A stretch of 60,433 nt of DNA, from assembly GCA_013416795.1 (NCBI GenBank), contig RQSC01000003.1, forward strand, positions 37,214-97,646, given 5' to 3'. Under the pieces are notes generated by a model that worked only from the letters and a program-made list of their open reading frames with translations, was not told the origin of the DNA and made no database searches. Positions 20,282-30,895 of the stretch are shown piece after piece (position 1 is the stretch's first letter; every line of letters starts with the position of its first letter). Made by a program: the position numbers and the translations under genes. Origin of the DNA: Prasinococcaceae sp. CCMP 1430. Its lineage: Eukaryota > Plantae > Prasinodermophyta.

Positions 20282-21130
20282 CGCGCCGCCGACGGCTGCC
20301 ATGCGCGCGACGCTCGCCGCGCTGCAGCGCGCGGACTGGCCGGAGGAGGGCGCAGGGGCGCTGGCGGCGTTTGCCCTCTCCGTGCCGCGCGACGGCGAGA
20401 GGGGCTCGCCGCCCAGCGCGGTGCGCTCGTGGACGTGCCCGGACATATTTGTCGACGCGGAGAGGTTCGCGCGCAGGCTCAAGAGCCGATACGGGGAAAT
20501 GCTCGGCGCCGACACGTGCGTGGCGAGCGCGCGCGACGGCGAGCGCCCGCAGGCCCACATGCGCGTCACGCCACAGAAGGCGCACCGCCGCGGCCGCGCC
20601 GCCTCGCGCTGAAGCGCCGGTCGCCCTCCCTCGCGCCTTTTTATGCGCCCGCTTTTCGCGCGCGCGCTGACGCGCGCCGCGGCGGCGGGGCTCGGTGTGT
20701 GGTCAACAATCGCAGGTGGGAGCTGGTCGGTCCTTGCGTCTTCCCAGGCGCCGATGGCATCGCCGAGGACATAGGCTATTCCGCGAGCGGCGCAAGGTGT
20801 CCTGCCGACGCGGACGAGCAGGTCGCCGACGCTGTGAAGACCGATGCGATAGCGGGCGCCGGGGGCGCCCAACGGAGACGCGCCGGCGCCTTTGGCGGCG
20901 CCGGCGCCGGCGCGGCGTGCAAAGTTGCCGCGGTGGGCGGCGTGACGGGCGTTGCAGACGGCTGCCTCGCGGTCCAGGCCGTGGAGGTGCGCCAGGAGAC
21001 AACGCGGTGCCACAGCGTGCGCGCGACGCGCTTCACCTTCTTCCTGGAGCGCATTGCCGACGGCGCGTACAAAGACTGCTGGATGATACGTGAGTGCCGC
21101 CCGGGGGACCTCACGGGCATGTACAACTAG
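20282..21130 (+). CDS. DUF4864-like/NTF2-like algal protein, 5' end in gap; exons <20282-20515, 20716-21130
   Basis: TLAALQRADWPEEGAGALAAFALS...RFARRLKSRYGEML, an in-phase GT-AG intron, then FTFFLERIADGAYKDCWMI. This resembles the cyanobacterial/plastid family ending in 'CWM'. Confidence 0.6.
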   Translation, partial: RAADGCHARDARRAAARGLAGGGRRGAGGVCPLRAARRREGLAAQRGALVDVPGHICRRGEVRAQAQEPIRGNARRRHVRGERARRRAPAGPHARHATEGAPPRPRRLALKRRSPSLAPFYAPAFRARADARRGGGARCVVNNRRWELVGPCVFPGADGIAEDIGYSASGARCPADADEQVADAVKTDAIAGAGGAQRRRAGAFGGAGAGAACKVAAVGGVTGVADGCLAVQAVEVRQETTRCHSVRATRFTFFLERIADGAYKDCWMIRECRPGDLTGMYN

Positions 21131-21323
21131 ACACCTGCGGGAGCCTAGGCGATGTGCCGGGCCAAACCCCGTGAGTGCTGCTGCTACCGAGGTGGGCCAC
21201 ACGCGCCAGGCTCCTGGAGGAGGCCGGCCGCACCGCCGTGTGTTGTGAAATACTGAGATCTATTTACACAGCGCACGGAAACGCCACGCGGCGCGGCGCG
21301 ACGCCCCGCTGCGGGCGCGCGCG

Positions 21324-21750
21324 CTACTTCTTGGTCCACAGACCGTTCGGCAGCTGGAGCCCCTCGCCGGTCCACTCGCCCTTCACCGGTCCCTGCTTGA
21401 CCTCGTCGATGGGATCGAAGTCGATGGCGAGCACGGTGGGGCGGGCGGGGTCGTACGTCGCCTCGAGCTTCCACGGCTGCACGGGGGCGCTGGTCAGCCT
21501 CACAGCGGCAGCGCACGGGCTTGAGAGTGTGCGCATGTGCGCTCGCCGCGATGCATACCGTCACTTTGTCGCCAGGCAGACACTTGGCGCCGGGCGCGAT
21601 GGGCACCGGGTCCGCGCCGAACACGTCGAGCGCGCACTGCGAAGCGCCCCGTGCGCACGCGCCGCGCGCTGCGATGCGCCGTTCGCAGCCCGGGTGCGAC
21701 GGATCGTCGTACTCTCCGGCGAACACTGGCTGCTCCCCCGCGAGCGCCGC
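21324..21750 (-). CDS. Small conserved algal beta-domain protein; exons ~21750-21559, 21476-21324; start not found
   Basis: FAGEYDDPSHPGCERRI...G.D...C...PWKL...IDFDP...GP..GEW..EGL.LPNG.WTKK. An 82-bp intron (GTATGC...CTGAC...CAG) keeps the phase. Confidence 0.6.
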
Positions 21751-22688
21751 TGGCGCCGCTGCTGCTGCTGCAGCTGCTGGAGCAGTTGCTGCTCCAGCAG
21801 CTGCTTCTGCTGTTGTTGTTGTTGCTGCTGCTGCCGCAGCAGCTGCTGCTGCTGTAATAGTTGCACCTGTTGTTGTTGCTGCTGCGTCTGTTGCTGCTGT
21901 TGCAACTGCAGCTGCTGCTGCGCCTGCTCGAGCTGCGCGTACTGGAGCTGCAGCAGCTGCTGCTGCTGCAGCCGTGGGGGCGACTGCTGCAGTTGTGCGT
22001 GCTGCAACTGTGCCTGTTGCGTCTGCTGCTGAAGCCGCGCCAGGCGGAGCTGCATCTGCGCTTGTGCGAGCTGGTCTTGTGCGAACGAAACCGGATCCGT
22101 CTGCTCCGAGGAGCCCTGTGCTAGCTGTCCCCCCTGCGCCAGCTGGCTTGCAAGAGCCGCCTGAGACTGTGCGAGCTGCGTCTGCTGCTGCGCGAGCTGC
22201 GCCTCCTGACGGGTGAGGTGCTCCTGATGCCTGACCGTTTGTTGGGCCATGAGGAACTGAGGATTGAGCGGCTCCGAGGTCGCCTGCAGCGATGTCAGCA
22301 GCGTCTTCATGTCCTCGCTCGTCGGCACCACGCATTTGCGCTGCTGCTCGAAACATGGTTGCACGGCCTGGGCCTGAGCCCGCCGCTGCTGCTGTCGGAA
22401 AAGCCGCTCCCTGAACATTTGTTTGTCCATGTGTGCCCCCATTTGGGACTCCGCAAGGGAAAGCTTTTCAGCATCGCCCATCGCCTGCGCCTGCGCGAAA
22501 GCGCGCTCTGGCGCAGCAGCTGAAGCCCCCGCGGCACCCTCCTCCGCTTCGATCTTCCCCGCAGCGGTGCCTTCTTGCGCCGCCGTCGCAAGCAGCGTGT
22601 AGATGAGGACCTTGGGGTATTCGGTGAGGACGCGTCGCATTATCGACACGCACTGCGCACGTTGCTCCTGCTCGGTGACGCCGTCCAT
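21561..22688 (-). CDS. Glutamine-rich hypothetical protein
   Basis: ATG at 22688 (MDGVTEQEQR...), then an open frame with long poly-Q tracts. The true 3' end is uncertain because it runs out of frame into the next domain. Confidence 0.55.
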   Translation of the reverse strand: MDGVTEQEQRAQCVSIMRRVLTEYPKVLIYTLLATAAQEGTAAGKIEAEEGAAGASAAAPERAFAQAQAMGDAEKLSLAESQMGAHMDKQMFRERLFRQQQRRAQAQAVQPCFEQQRKCVVPTSEDMKTLLTSLQATSEPLNPQFLMAQQTVRHQEHLTRQEAQLAQQQTQLAQSQAALASQLAQGGQLAQGSSEQTDPVSFAQDQLAQAQMQLRLARLQQQTQQAQLQHAQLQQSPPRLQQQQLLQLQYAQLEQAQQQLQLQQQQQTQQQQQQVQLLQQQQLLRQQQQQQQQQKQLLEQQLLQQLQQQQRRQRRSRGSSQCSPESTTIRRTRAANGASQRAARAHGALRSARSTCSARTRCPSRPAPSVCLATK

Positions 22689-22806
22689 TGCGTNCGCCGG
22701 CGGCCGCTCGGCGACACAGGCGGCGGCGGCGCCCGCGCCTGTGCGGGCGGGGGGACTGAGGGCAGGGAGGGTGAGGCTGCACGCGCGGAAGAATCCTGGC
22801 GCCGGG

Positions 22807-23730
22807 ATGGCTGTGGCGACCGCCGCGAGTGGCTGCGCGCGCGACCGTGGGCCACGAACAGCCGGCACGCTCGGAGCGCTTGGAGCGCTCGGTGCGCCGC
22901 CCCCCCCGCCCCGCGAGGTGTCATGCGCCGCGGAGCGCGGCGGCTCCGACGCGGACAGGCTGAGCACGGCGCTCAGCGAGTCGCGCTCGCGATGGGCCAA
23001 CCCTAGCCTCACTAAGGGCGCGGGCGCGGGCGTGACGGCCCGCAAGCGCCGGCAGGGCGGGGAGGGCGGGCGGCGCCGCGCGCACACCGAGGAGACGCGC
23101 CGCAAGATCTCCGACAGCGTGAAGCGCTCGTTCGCCGACCGCCGCGCGTCCGAGATACGCGCGGGAAACATCGGCGTTCTCGAGAAGGATGTCAGCTCCT
23201 TCAGGAGCGACCTGCGCAAGTACAAGCGGCTGCGCGCGGAGCTGAGGCCTTTCATGGAACGCTTCCGCGAGCGCGAGGGCCGCGACCTGACGCTCAAGGA
23301 CCTTGAGGAGGCAGGGCTGCCTTGGTTGATCTCCAAATACAAGCGCTACCTGGTGCTGCGCGAGCAGGTGGTCAAGCAGAGCATCGCGCTGCGCTCAGAC
23401 CTACAGACCGCGCGGCTCGCGGCCACGAGCCACCAACGAGACCTCATGTCGGGATCGAAGGCCGGCGCCAACGCCGTCAGCTCGCGCGGTGCGGCCGACT
23501 CGCAGAGGCGCTCGCTCGCTCGCGCGCTGGCGTTCGAGTCCGCGCAGGAGCGCGCGCACGAGTACCGCCGCGCCATCCAGGCGAAGCGCCTCACGGAGGA
23601 AAAGGTGGACGCCGCCGACGGCAACGCGCTGCGTCGCTTCGTCGAGGGTCAGGCCGGCGGCAACATCTCCGCCACCGCCCTGGCCGTGCTCCAGAGCAAG
23701 CGGCGGGGGCTCGGCGGCGATGCCGCGTGA
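22807..23730 (+). CDS. NUMOD3-motif protein with helical/coiled-coil domain, possibly organelle-targeted
   Basis: RAHTEETRRKISDSVK (NUMOD3), then YKRLRAELRPFMERFREREGRDLTLKDL. Ala/Arg/Ser-rich N-terminus. Confidence 0.7.
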   Translation: MAVATAASGCARDRGPRTAGTLGALGALGAPPPPPREVSCAAERGGSDADRLSTALSESRSRWANPSLTKGAGAGVTARKRRQGGEGGRRRAHTEETRRKISDSVKRSFADRRASEIRAGNIGVLEKDVSSFRSDLRKYKRLRAELRPFMERFREREGRDLTLKDLEEAGLPWLISKYKRYLVLREQVVKQSIALRSDLQTARLAATSHQRDLMSGSKAGANAVSSRGAADSQRRSLARALAFESAQERAHEYRRAIQAKRLTEEKVDAADGNALRRFVEGQAGGNISATALAVLQSKRRGLGGDAA

Positions 23731-24767
23731 GCATGAAACACGCGTCTGCGCGGGTCCCAGCGGAGGGGCTGCGCGCGCGCGCATCCCGCGGAGGCGGCGG
23801 CGGCTGCGAGCGAAACAGGCGCCGCGTTGACGGCCCGCTTTGCGCGGGCCCCAAGCGCGCCCGATATTGTAATCAGGATACGGTGTGACGACAGAACTCT
23901 GAAGGAGTAGCCAGCCGGCCGGTACCCACCACGAGGCGCCCCCCTTGTTTGCTCGTCGCCGCTTGGAGTTCGGCCTCGAGGGTCCCTCGTCCGCGCCAAT
24001 GCGGTCCAGCTCGCCCTCGCACCTGCCGGCACACGCTCCGGCGAACGCCCCCATCCACATTCGCACCCGCCACCAGCGAGCCCGCCATCAAATCGAATTC
24101 GGCGGTACCACTTCGATCGCCCGTGGTTGTTGCACATGTAGTACTGATATGTATACATTTGTGACATACCAGGAAGAGAGGACGAGTACAGCGTCCTCCA
24201 GCACCAAGCGCGAGCAGGGCGCCCGCCGGCGCCGACGGCGCCGCGAGCGCCGCGCGCGACGCCGCGCGCGTGCGCGCGCGCCCAGCGCCGGCCGCACGCC
24301 GCGCGCGCTTCCGGGCGCACCAGCTGGCGATTGGTTTCGCACTCCATGAGCAGAAGCGCCGCTCGGGGAACCGTCGCAGTTCGCAGAAGCACGCGCGTCG
24401 GAAAAGCGCGCGCGGCCGACGACGCCGTGGCGTGCCGCGCCGCGCCGCGCTTCCGGAGCCGCTGGGGGAGAGGGCCCGCGAGCGAGGATGCGCACGGCCC
24501 GGGAGCCCAGGGTGGGGTGGGGTGGGGTCACCTGCAGGAGTGTGTGCTTGGCAAGAGGGGGAGGGGGAGTGCGGGCGTCCGGACCCGCGCGCGCGGGCGG
24601 TGCTGCAGCGGCGGTCCTGCGCATGCGCGCACCCGTGCGCACACGGCGCGGACCGCGCGCACCCAGCGGCGGCGTGCGCGCCTGCGCACGCCTGCTGCGG
24701 CACGCCTGCGGCGAGGGCGTCGGCACGACGGCCGGCGCCGTTCGCGGCGGCGGCGGTGCGCGCCGTG

Positions 24768-27700
24768 ATGGATCGTTGGCGTGAACCCGCAGAGGGCGAG
24801 GGCGCGCTCGAGGTGCGCACACGCGCATGCGCACGCGCACGAGCATACGTGTGCATGGTGCGGGTGATGGCGTGTGCATCCGTGTGTCTGCGCACGCCGT
24901 CCTGACGAGCACGAGCGCCGGGCTGCGCGCACCTTCCACACTTGCCCCTTGCGCGCACGCGCTTGCACATGATCGCGTACACGCACAGGACACCGACGTT
25001 TCCATCGATGTTGCGCCAGGCCAGGCCGACGCGGGCGCCAACTTCGCAAATGCGACCGCGCCGCCGATGCCCCCTACCATGTCCATGGCGCGCCAGGCGA
25101 GCGATGTCAACGAGTTCGACGCCAATGCCGAATTTGGTGCGCGCGCTTGCACCGACGCTCCCGACCTTGAGCGCGCACACGTGCGTGAGCGTGAGCTCTA
25201 CTGCCGACCAATCACGCTGCCCTCTCCGTCGCTGACGTCTGCATCCGCCCCCCCCCCACCACCACCCACACACACACACACACCACCTCCGGCGCACATG
25301 CTCGCGCGCTTTTGACGTGTGCACTTCTGATCGCGCGCGCAGCGGCAATCGAGGCGGCACTGATGGCCGACAACAGCGACGATGACTTCGACGCCGTCGC
25401 GGACCAAGACGCATCCGCAGACGACCCCGCTGCCGCTCCGGACGCGGGGAAGGATACTGTCGATGACGTCGATGCCGCGACGGTAGCGACCGCTGCCGCC
25501 GATGCCGCCGCGGCGAAGGTCGCCGACAATGCGGGCGCCACTGCGGGCGCCACTGCGGGCGCCACTGCGAATGCGGCCACCGCCAGCGCACTTACGGTAC
25601 GAATACCCTCGCTGCCCTCTGATGGCGTGATCGCGGTGACGACTGCATCTGGCGAGGAGGCGCGCGTGCACGGCACGGCCGCAGTCGGCTCCACGGCCGT
25701 ATCGGTGGACATCAGCGGCGCGGGTGCTTCGCCGACGGACAAGATGCTCCAGGACTTCACTGCCGAGTCTTCCAGCGACGTGAACGAGGCATTTGCCAAG
25801 CAGCAGGCGTATGCAAGCACGCCGCGGCGCGCGAACGGCTCGTTGTATCCCATCTGGCGGACGGGTGTGACGAAGATGGGCACGCTCTTTGGTCCCGGCG
25901 TCGGTATGTGGATGCACACAACGCGCACCTTCGCCAAGCTCTTACTTGTCACCACGCTCCTCGCGGGCCTCAGCTTGTACTACTATGCGCGCGCCGCGCT
26001 GCAGGGCAATCATGCACGCGAGACCTCCAATCTGCTGTCCATTTTGGGCCTCTCGCCCGTGCAAGTCGCCTACACGACGGGCGAGGGGACGCTGCTGGAC
26101 CTGGGTATTGACGCGCGCGGCATCATGACGATCATCGTGATCCTCGATGTTGTGTGTGTCGCACTCTTCCTGCTGGTCCTCTTTTGGCTCAACCGCCGCC
26201 ACAACGCTCTAGAGGAAGAGGCCGATATGTCCAGCGTGACGGTGGACGACTACGCCGTGCAAGTGTTCGGCTTGCCACGCAACGCGACCGTCGAGGCCGT
26301 CGAGGCGTGGTTCGGCCGCTTCGGCAAGGTTGCAGCAGTCTACCAGGCGCAGGATATCAGCAACACCATAGCCATGCGCAAGAAGCTCGCGACCAGCTTG
26401 CGATCGGCGGCGCGCGCGAACGCTGTGGGCGACACGCGCGGCCGCAAGCGCGCACGCGCCGCGGCGCAGGACCTCCACGTGTCCATCACGCGGCGCGACT
26501 CGACCGCGGGGCTTGGTACGGTGGGCACGTTCGTCGTATTTGAGGAGGAGGCCTGTGCTGCGCGCTGCCGCAACGCCCTGCCGAACGGGAGGCTCGCATG
26601 CTTGACCCACAAGAAGCTGCTCTTCCCGTCGGAGCATACGGGAGAACCTGACAGGATGATCTCAGTGCGGCGCGCGCCGCCCCCCAACGACATTCTCTGG
26701 GAGAACCTGCACATCACCTCCTTCCAGCGCTTCTGCCGCGGCGTGGTGGGCAACTTCGCCATGTTGCTGCTAGTGCTCTTATCCATCGGCGCCACCACTG
26801 TGGCCAAAGAGCAGCTCGACACTCTCAACCCGAACGTGCAGTGCTCGACGACCGTCTACGACTCTTCCAACGCCGCCTCCACCCGAGGCCTCGACTGCGA
26901 GGCCGCATGGCCTCTGCGCGACGCCGACGAAATATTTTCGCGCACGGGCTCGTTAGCCCCGCGCATGACCACGCGTGCGGCCATCGGAGGCTTCCTCGAC
27001 GCGCTCGAGGATGGGCCCGACGACGGCCAGTCGTGCCGCCACTTCATCAAGCTCCGCAACTTTGTCGTCGACTTCAGCGATGTCGCCGACTTCAGCGCGG
27101 CGCCCCCGTCGGTCGGCGGCGGGTGGGGCGGCGGTTTTGACACGACCACTTGGGCAGACGAGTGCGCGGCGCAGGTGTGCTACTCGTGCTACTGTGAGGA
27201 CGTGGGCTTCCTGGCGTGGCAGCGCGACGACGCCGACTTCGACGCGCGCCCCTTCTGTTCCGACTACTGGAGGAACCAGGCGCTCTTTTTGGTGTACACG
27301 GCTATGGTCCTCGTGGTCGTGGCTGCGGTGAACATGGTGCTGCTCGTCATGTCCAAGGTCATGGGCAACTTCGAGCGCCACGCCACGATCTCGGGGCGCG
27401 ACCGCGCCGTGGCAATCAAGCTGGCCGTAGCGCTGACGATCAACACGGCGGTGGTGCCTGTGCTCACGTATGCATACGTGGCGCCCCTGAAGGACGTGCC
27501 TCTGCTCTTCTCGGGTGTGCACTCAGACGTTAACTCGACGTGGCACGACCTCGTCGTGACGGCCATCGTCACGAGCGCCATCATCAACGCCATCACCTTT
27601 CCGCTGGCGCACTACGCGAAGCTCGCCACGCGGCGGCTCCGCTTGTGCTGCTGCCGGCGCTTCGCCAAGACGCAGCATGATCTCAACAAGCTCTACAAGC

Positions 27701-28617
27701 CGCCCAAGTTTGCGCTCGCCGAGCGCACAGGCCAGTTTCTTTCGGTGCTCTTCTACACACTCATGCTCTCTTCGGGCGCCCCTTTGCTGTGGCCCATCGC
27801 CGGCATGTACTGCGTGCTGCAGTACTACGTCGACAAGCGTATGCTACTGCGCTCAGTGAGCATGCCGCCGCGATACTCGGGGCAGCTCTCGCGCATGATG
27901 CGCTCCGTGTTGCCGTTTGCTGCCGCGCTGCACATTCTGCTCAGCATATGGATGTTCGGCAACTCGAGCCTGCCAAGCTACCGCTTCGAGGAGGGGTGCC
28001 GTGATGATGACGAGGACACGCCGCAGAGGGAGACCGGTGTGGACGATGCGGAGTCGGAGGCCGCGGACTTTGATGAAGGTGCGATGCCCCAGTGGCTGAA
28101 GATCAGGCTGGGCGTGGACGACATCGACGACCAGTTCGACGTGTCGGCGCGCATGTGCCGCCTGAACGGCATCATCCCTGCAATAGCGTTCGCATGGCTC
28201 CTCGCTATTCTGTCGATCGTGTTTGTTTTCAAGGTACGGGCATGCGCACGGGCGCGAGCGCAGGGCGCACGTGCGCAAGCGCGCGCACGTGCACCCGCGG
28301 CCCACACGCATCGCGCGTACACGCGCGTACGCACCCGCACATCACCCTTACACATAGCGCGTGCGCGCGCTGACTCGCCGCCACGCTTGGCGTTGCAGGT
28401 CCTCCGCGGGCTTATGGGCACCCTGTGCCAGGCCTTTGGGCTGTGCAACCGTAAGGCGCGCCTGCAGGGGTGCCCCAGCTTCTCGGAGGCGCTGCGGATC
28501 CGCTTGCTGACGGGTTTGTCAAGCTACCACGCTCACGAGAGCCCCGACTACAGGGACCTCTTCCTCGGCAGGGTGTTGTCCGCCACGAAGAGCCGCAAGG
28601 GGGGCTCAGTCATCTGA
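24768..28617 (+). CDS. CSC1/OSCA/TMEM63-like calcium-permeable channel; exons 24768-24812, 24989-25136, 25343-28233, 28399-28617
   Basis: DYAVQVFGLP, FVVFEEE, RAPPPNDILWENL, multiple TM helices, YYVDKRMLLR..PPRY. Three phase-consistent GT-AG introns. Confidence 0.85.
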
Positions 28618-28715
28618 ATGCGCGCGCTCGCACGCTCGGACTCGTGAGCGTTGGCGGAGGCAGGCAGGTGGTGTATATCGCGTATCATCCATTGTAATCA
28701 GACAGAAGTCGCTTC

Positions 28716-28911
28716 TCAGGTCGAGGACGACACGCGCGGCTCGGTGCCGAGTGCGACGTCGTGGCGGGCGATGTATTCGACTATGGACATGAGGTCCTCC
28801 ATCACTGGGGCGCCCTCTTTTCGGCTAGTCTCCGTCCACTCGGGCATGCCGAATCGGTCGAGGAGCGCCCCGTGCCAGCCGGCCGCACGAGCGCCCGCAT
28901 AGTCCTTATAG

Positions 28912-28960
<49 letters not shown>

Positions 28961-28977
28961 TGTACGCTGTGTGTGCG

Positions 28978-29011
<34 letters not shown>

Positions 29012-30548
29012 ATGTTAGAATGTGTATGTGTGTGCGAGTGAAAGTGTGTGTGCGGGCGTGCTCGCGTTGACAACATGAGTGCGTGCACGAAAAGGCCCTG
29101 GCAAGCATGCGTACCTTGTAAAGGTTGTCGCCAATGTGCAGGCACTCGTCGGGCGAAATCGGCGTTGCCGGGTCGATCGGCTCGGCGCTCCTCGCGTCAT
29201 CCTCTACGAGCGCCACCACGCGGTGGTGGGTGTTATCATCCACAGTGACACGGCAGTTGTCTCCGTGCTCGTCGCAGGCGACGTATTTTTTCGAAAGCGC
29301 GTCTACCAAGCGGCAGTTCGTGCCGTGCTCATCGCAGACGACGTAGCTCCTGGCGGAGCCGATGGCATCCGCCAGTTCGTCCCAGTTGAGGGCCACAGCG
29401 AGCTTGTCGCGCCATGCAGGTTCCCTTTGAAGCGGCATCCTCTCGGCGGCTGATCGCGCCTGCTCAAGGGCCACGTCGAAGATGCGCCTGTCCGGTTTCT
29501 CGCTCAGCGCCGACTTCGACGTCACCACGAAATCGAAGGCGTCGAGGCCGAGCATGGGGAGCTGAGCACACGCGCGCAACACATCACACGCGCAGGCGCG
29601 GGCCTGTCCGTGTCAGGCACGCCAGCGCACGCCAGCGAAGGGCGCTGGGTGCAGGCAGCAGCAAGGTCCAGCACATGCGCGCATGCGCGCACACACAATG
29701 TCGTCTTGATATCTCTCGTCAGCGTTGGAGACCACGCCAGTGACGATGCCTCGGGCTCGCGCCCACTTGAGGAAGGGCGCGGCATCAGGAAATGCCCTGT
29801 AGGTCTTGTGACTGCCGAAGAGCGAGTACACCTTCTGGAAGAGCCGGTCGGCGTCGGTCGGCGAAAGGTCCTTCGTGAAATCACAATCCGCGAGCTCAAA
29901 GGATCGGAGCACACAAGTCCTCCACCAGTCGCGGGTGGCCATGTCGTCAGCGCCGAAGCACGGGTGTGCTGCGCACGTCTCCTTGTACGCCTGCTTGAAC
30001 GCGTGCTCAATGCCTTCCGGGCTTGCCGACAGTGCCACCCCCGAGCGCTTGGCGGCGAGCGCGTACCACTCGCCCAGTCGCCCGTTGAACGCAAGGACGG
30101 TGCCCGTCACGTCCATCGTAATGGCTGCATGCAGCGATCGCATTGGAAGGGAAGAGCGTCGATGGTCAGCATGCGCAGTAGCGAATCACGAAACACTCAC
30201 ACGTACGTTCGGGTACGCGCCAGTGGTTCGCTCACCTCGCAGCCTCCGAGGGGGCGCGTGCAGGAGGTGCCCGAGGCGCGTCGCGTGGCGCGATGTCATC
30301 GTTGTCTGCTCATGCGTTGCGTGAGGTCTGGGACTGGCACAAGCCGTGCCTTCATCTGCCAATGGTACCCTTGGCTGCGGTGCCTCCCGACCCCCAGCGG
30401 CTTCGCCCGCGCCAGTGCCAGCGGCACCGCCACTGTGAAGCCGTTTCGCCTTGTTCTCGCGGGGATCCTTCGACCACCCCACGCTCACCGCGCGGCCGCG
30501 CATGGCCGCGAGCGCGGTGGCGCGCATGGAGAGCAGGCGAGAGAGCAT
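28716..30548 (-). CDS. HAD-superfamily hydrolase, HDHD3/REG-2-like; exons 30548-30236, 30124-29697, 29561-29115, 28904-28716
   Basis: Spliced product gives RLRAITMDVTGT (motif I), GVVSNADER (II), EKPDRRIF (III), LHIGDNLYKDYAGARAAGW (IV). Confidence 0.88.
28912..29010. repeat. C49 homopolymer and (TG)n microsatellite in an intron
   Basis: Directly visible: C run at 28912-28960 and TG repeat at ~28981-29009. Confidence 0.9.
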
Positions 30549-30895
30549 GCACAGGCAAGCACCACGCTAGCTAGGCTCCGTGCTCCGCACAGCCTGCACC
30601 AAAAAATGCGCCTGGCGGAGGAGAGCGCGCCGCCGCGCGCCAGACGCGCGCAGGCCTGCGCCCGCGTGCGAGCGCACCTGCGCTCGCGTGTGCGCGAGCG
30701 AATAGCAATATCAGCGCGCGCGTGTCGCCAGAGGTCTGGCGTGGGGCCGGGGTGGGGATGACGGCCGCTGCTGCCGCCACCGCCACCGCGCCGTGCGTAT
30801 TGCGCAGTGGCGCGCACCTGCCTGCAGCGGAGATCAAATGAGCAGCATCACATTTTGAGAAACGAATGAATGTCATTCAATGAGCGATCACTGTA

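Noticed and set aside
23740-24760. Several Arg/Ala-rich ORFs between the NUMOD3 and OSCA genes
   Set aside because: Low-complexity CG-repeat intergenic and UTR sequence. Long ORFs arise by chance at this GC content.
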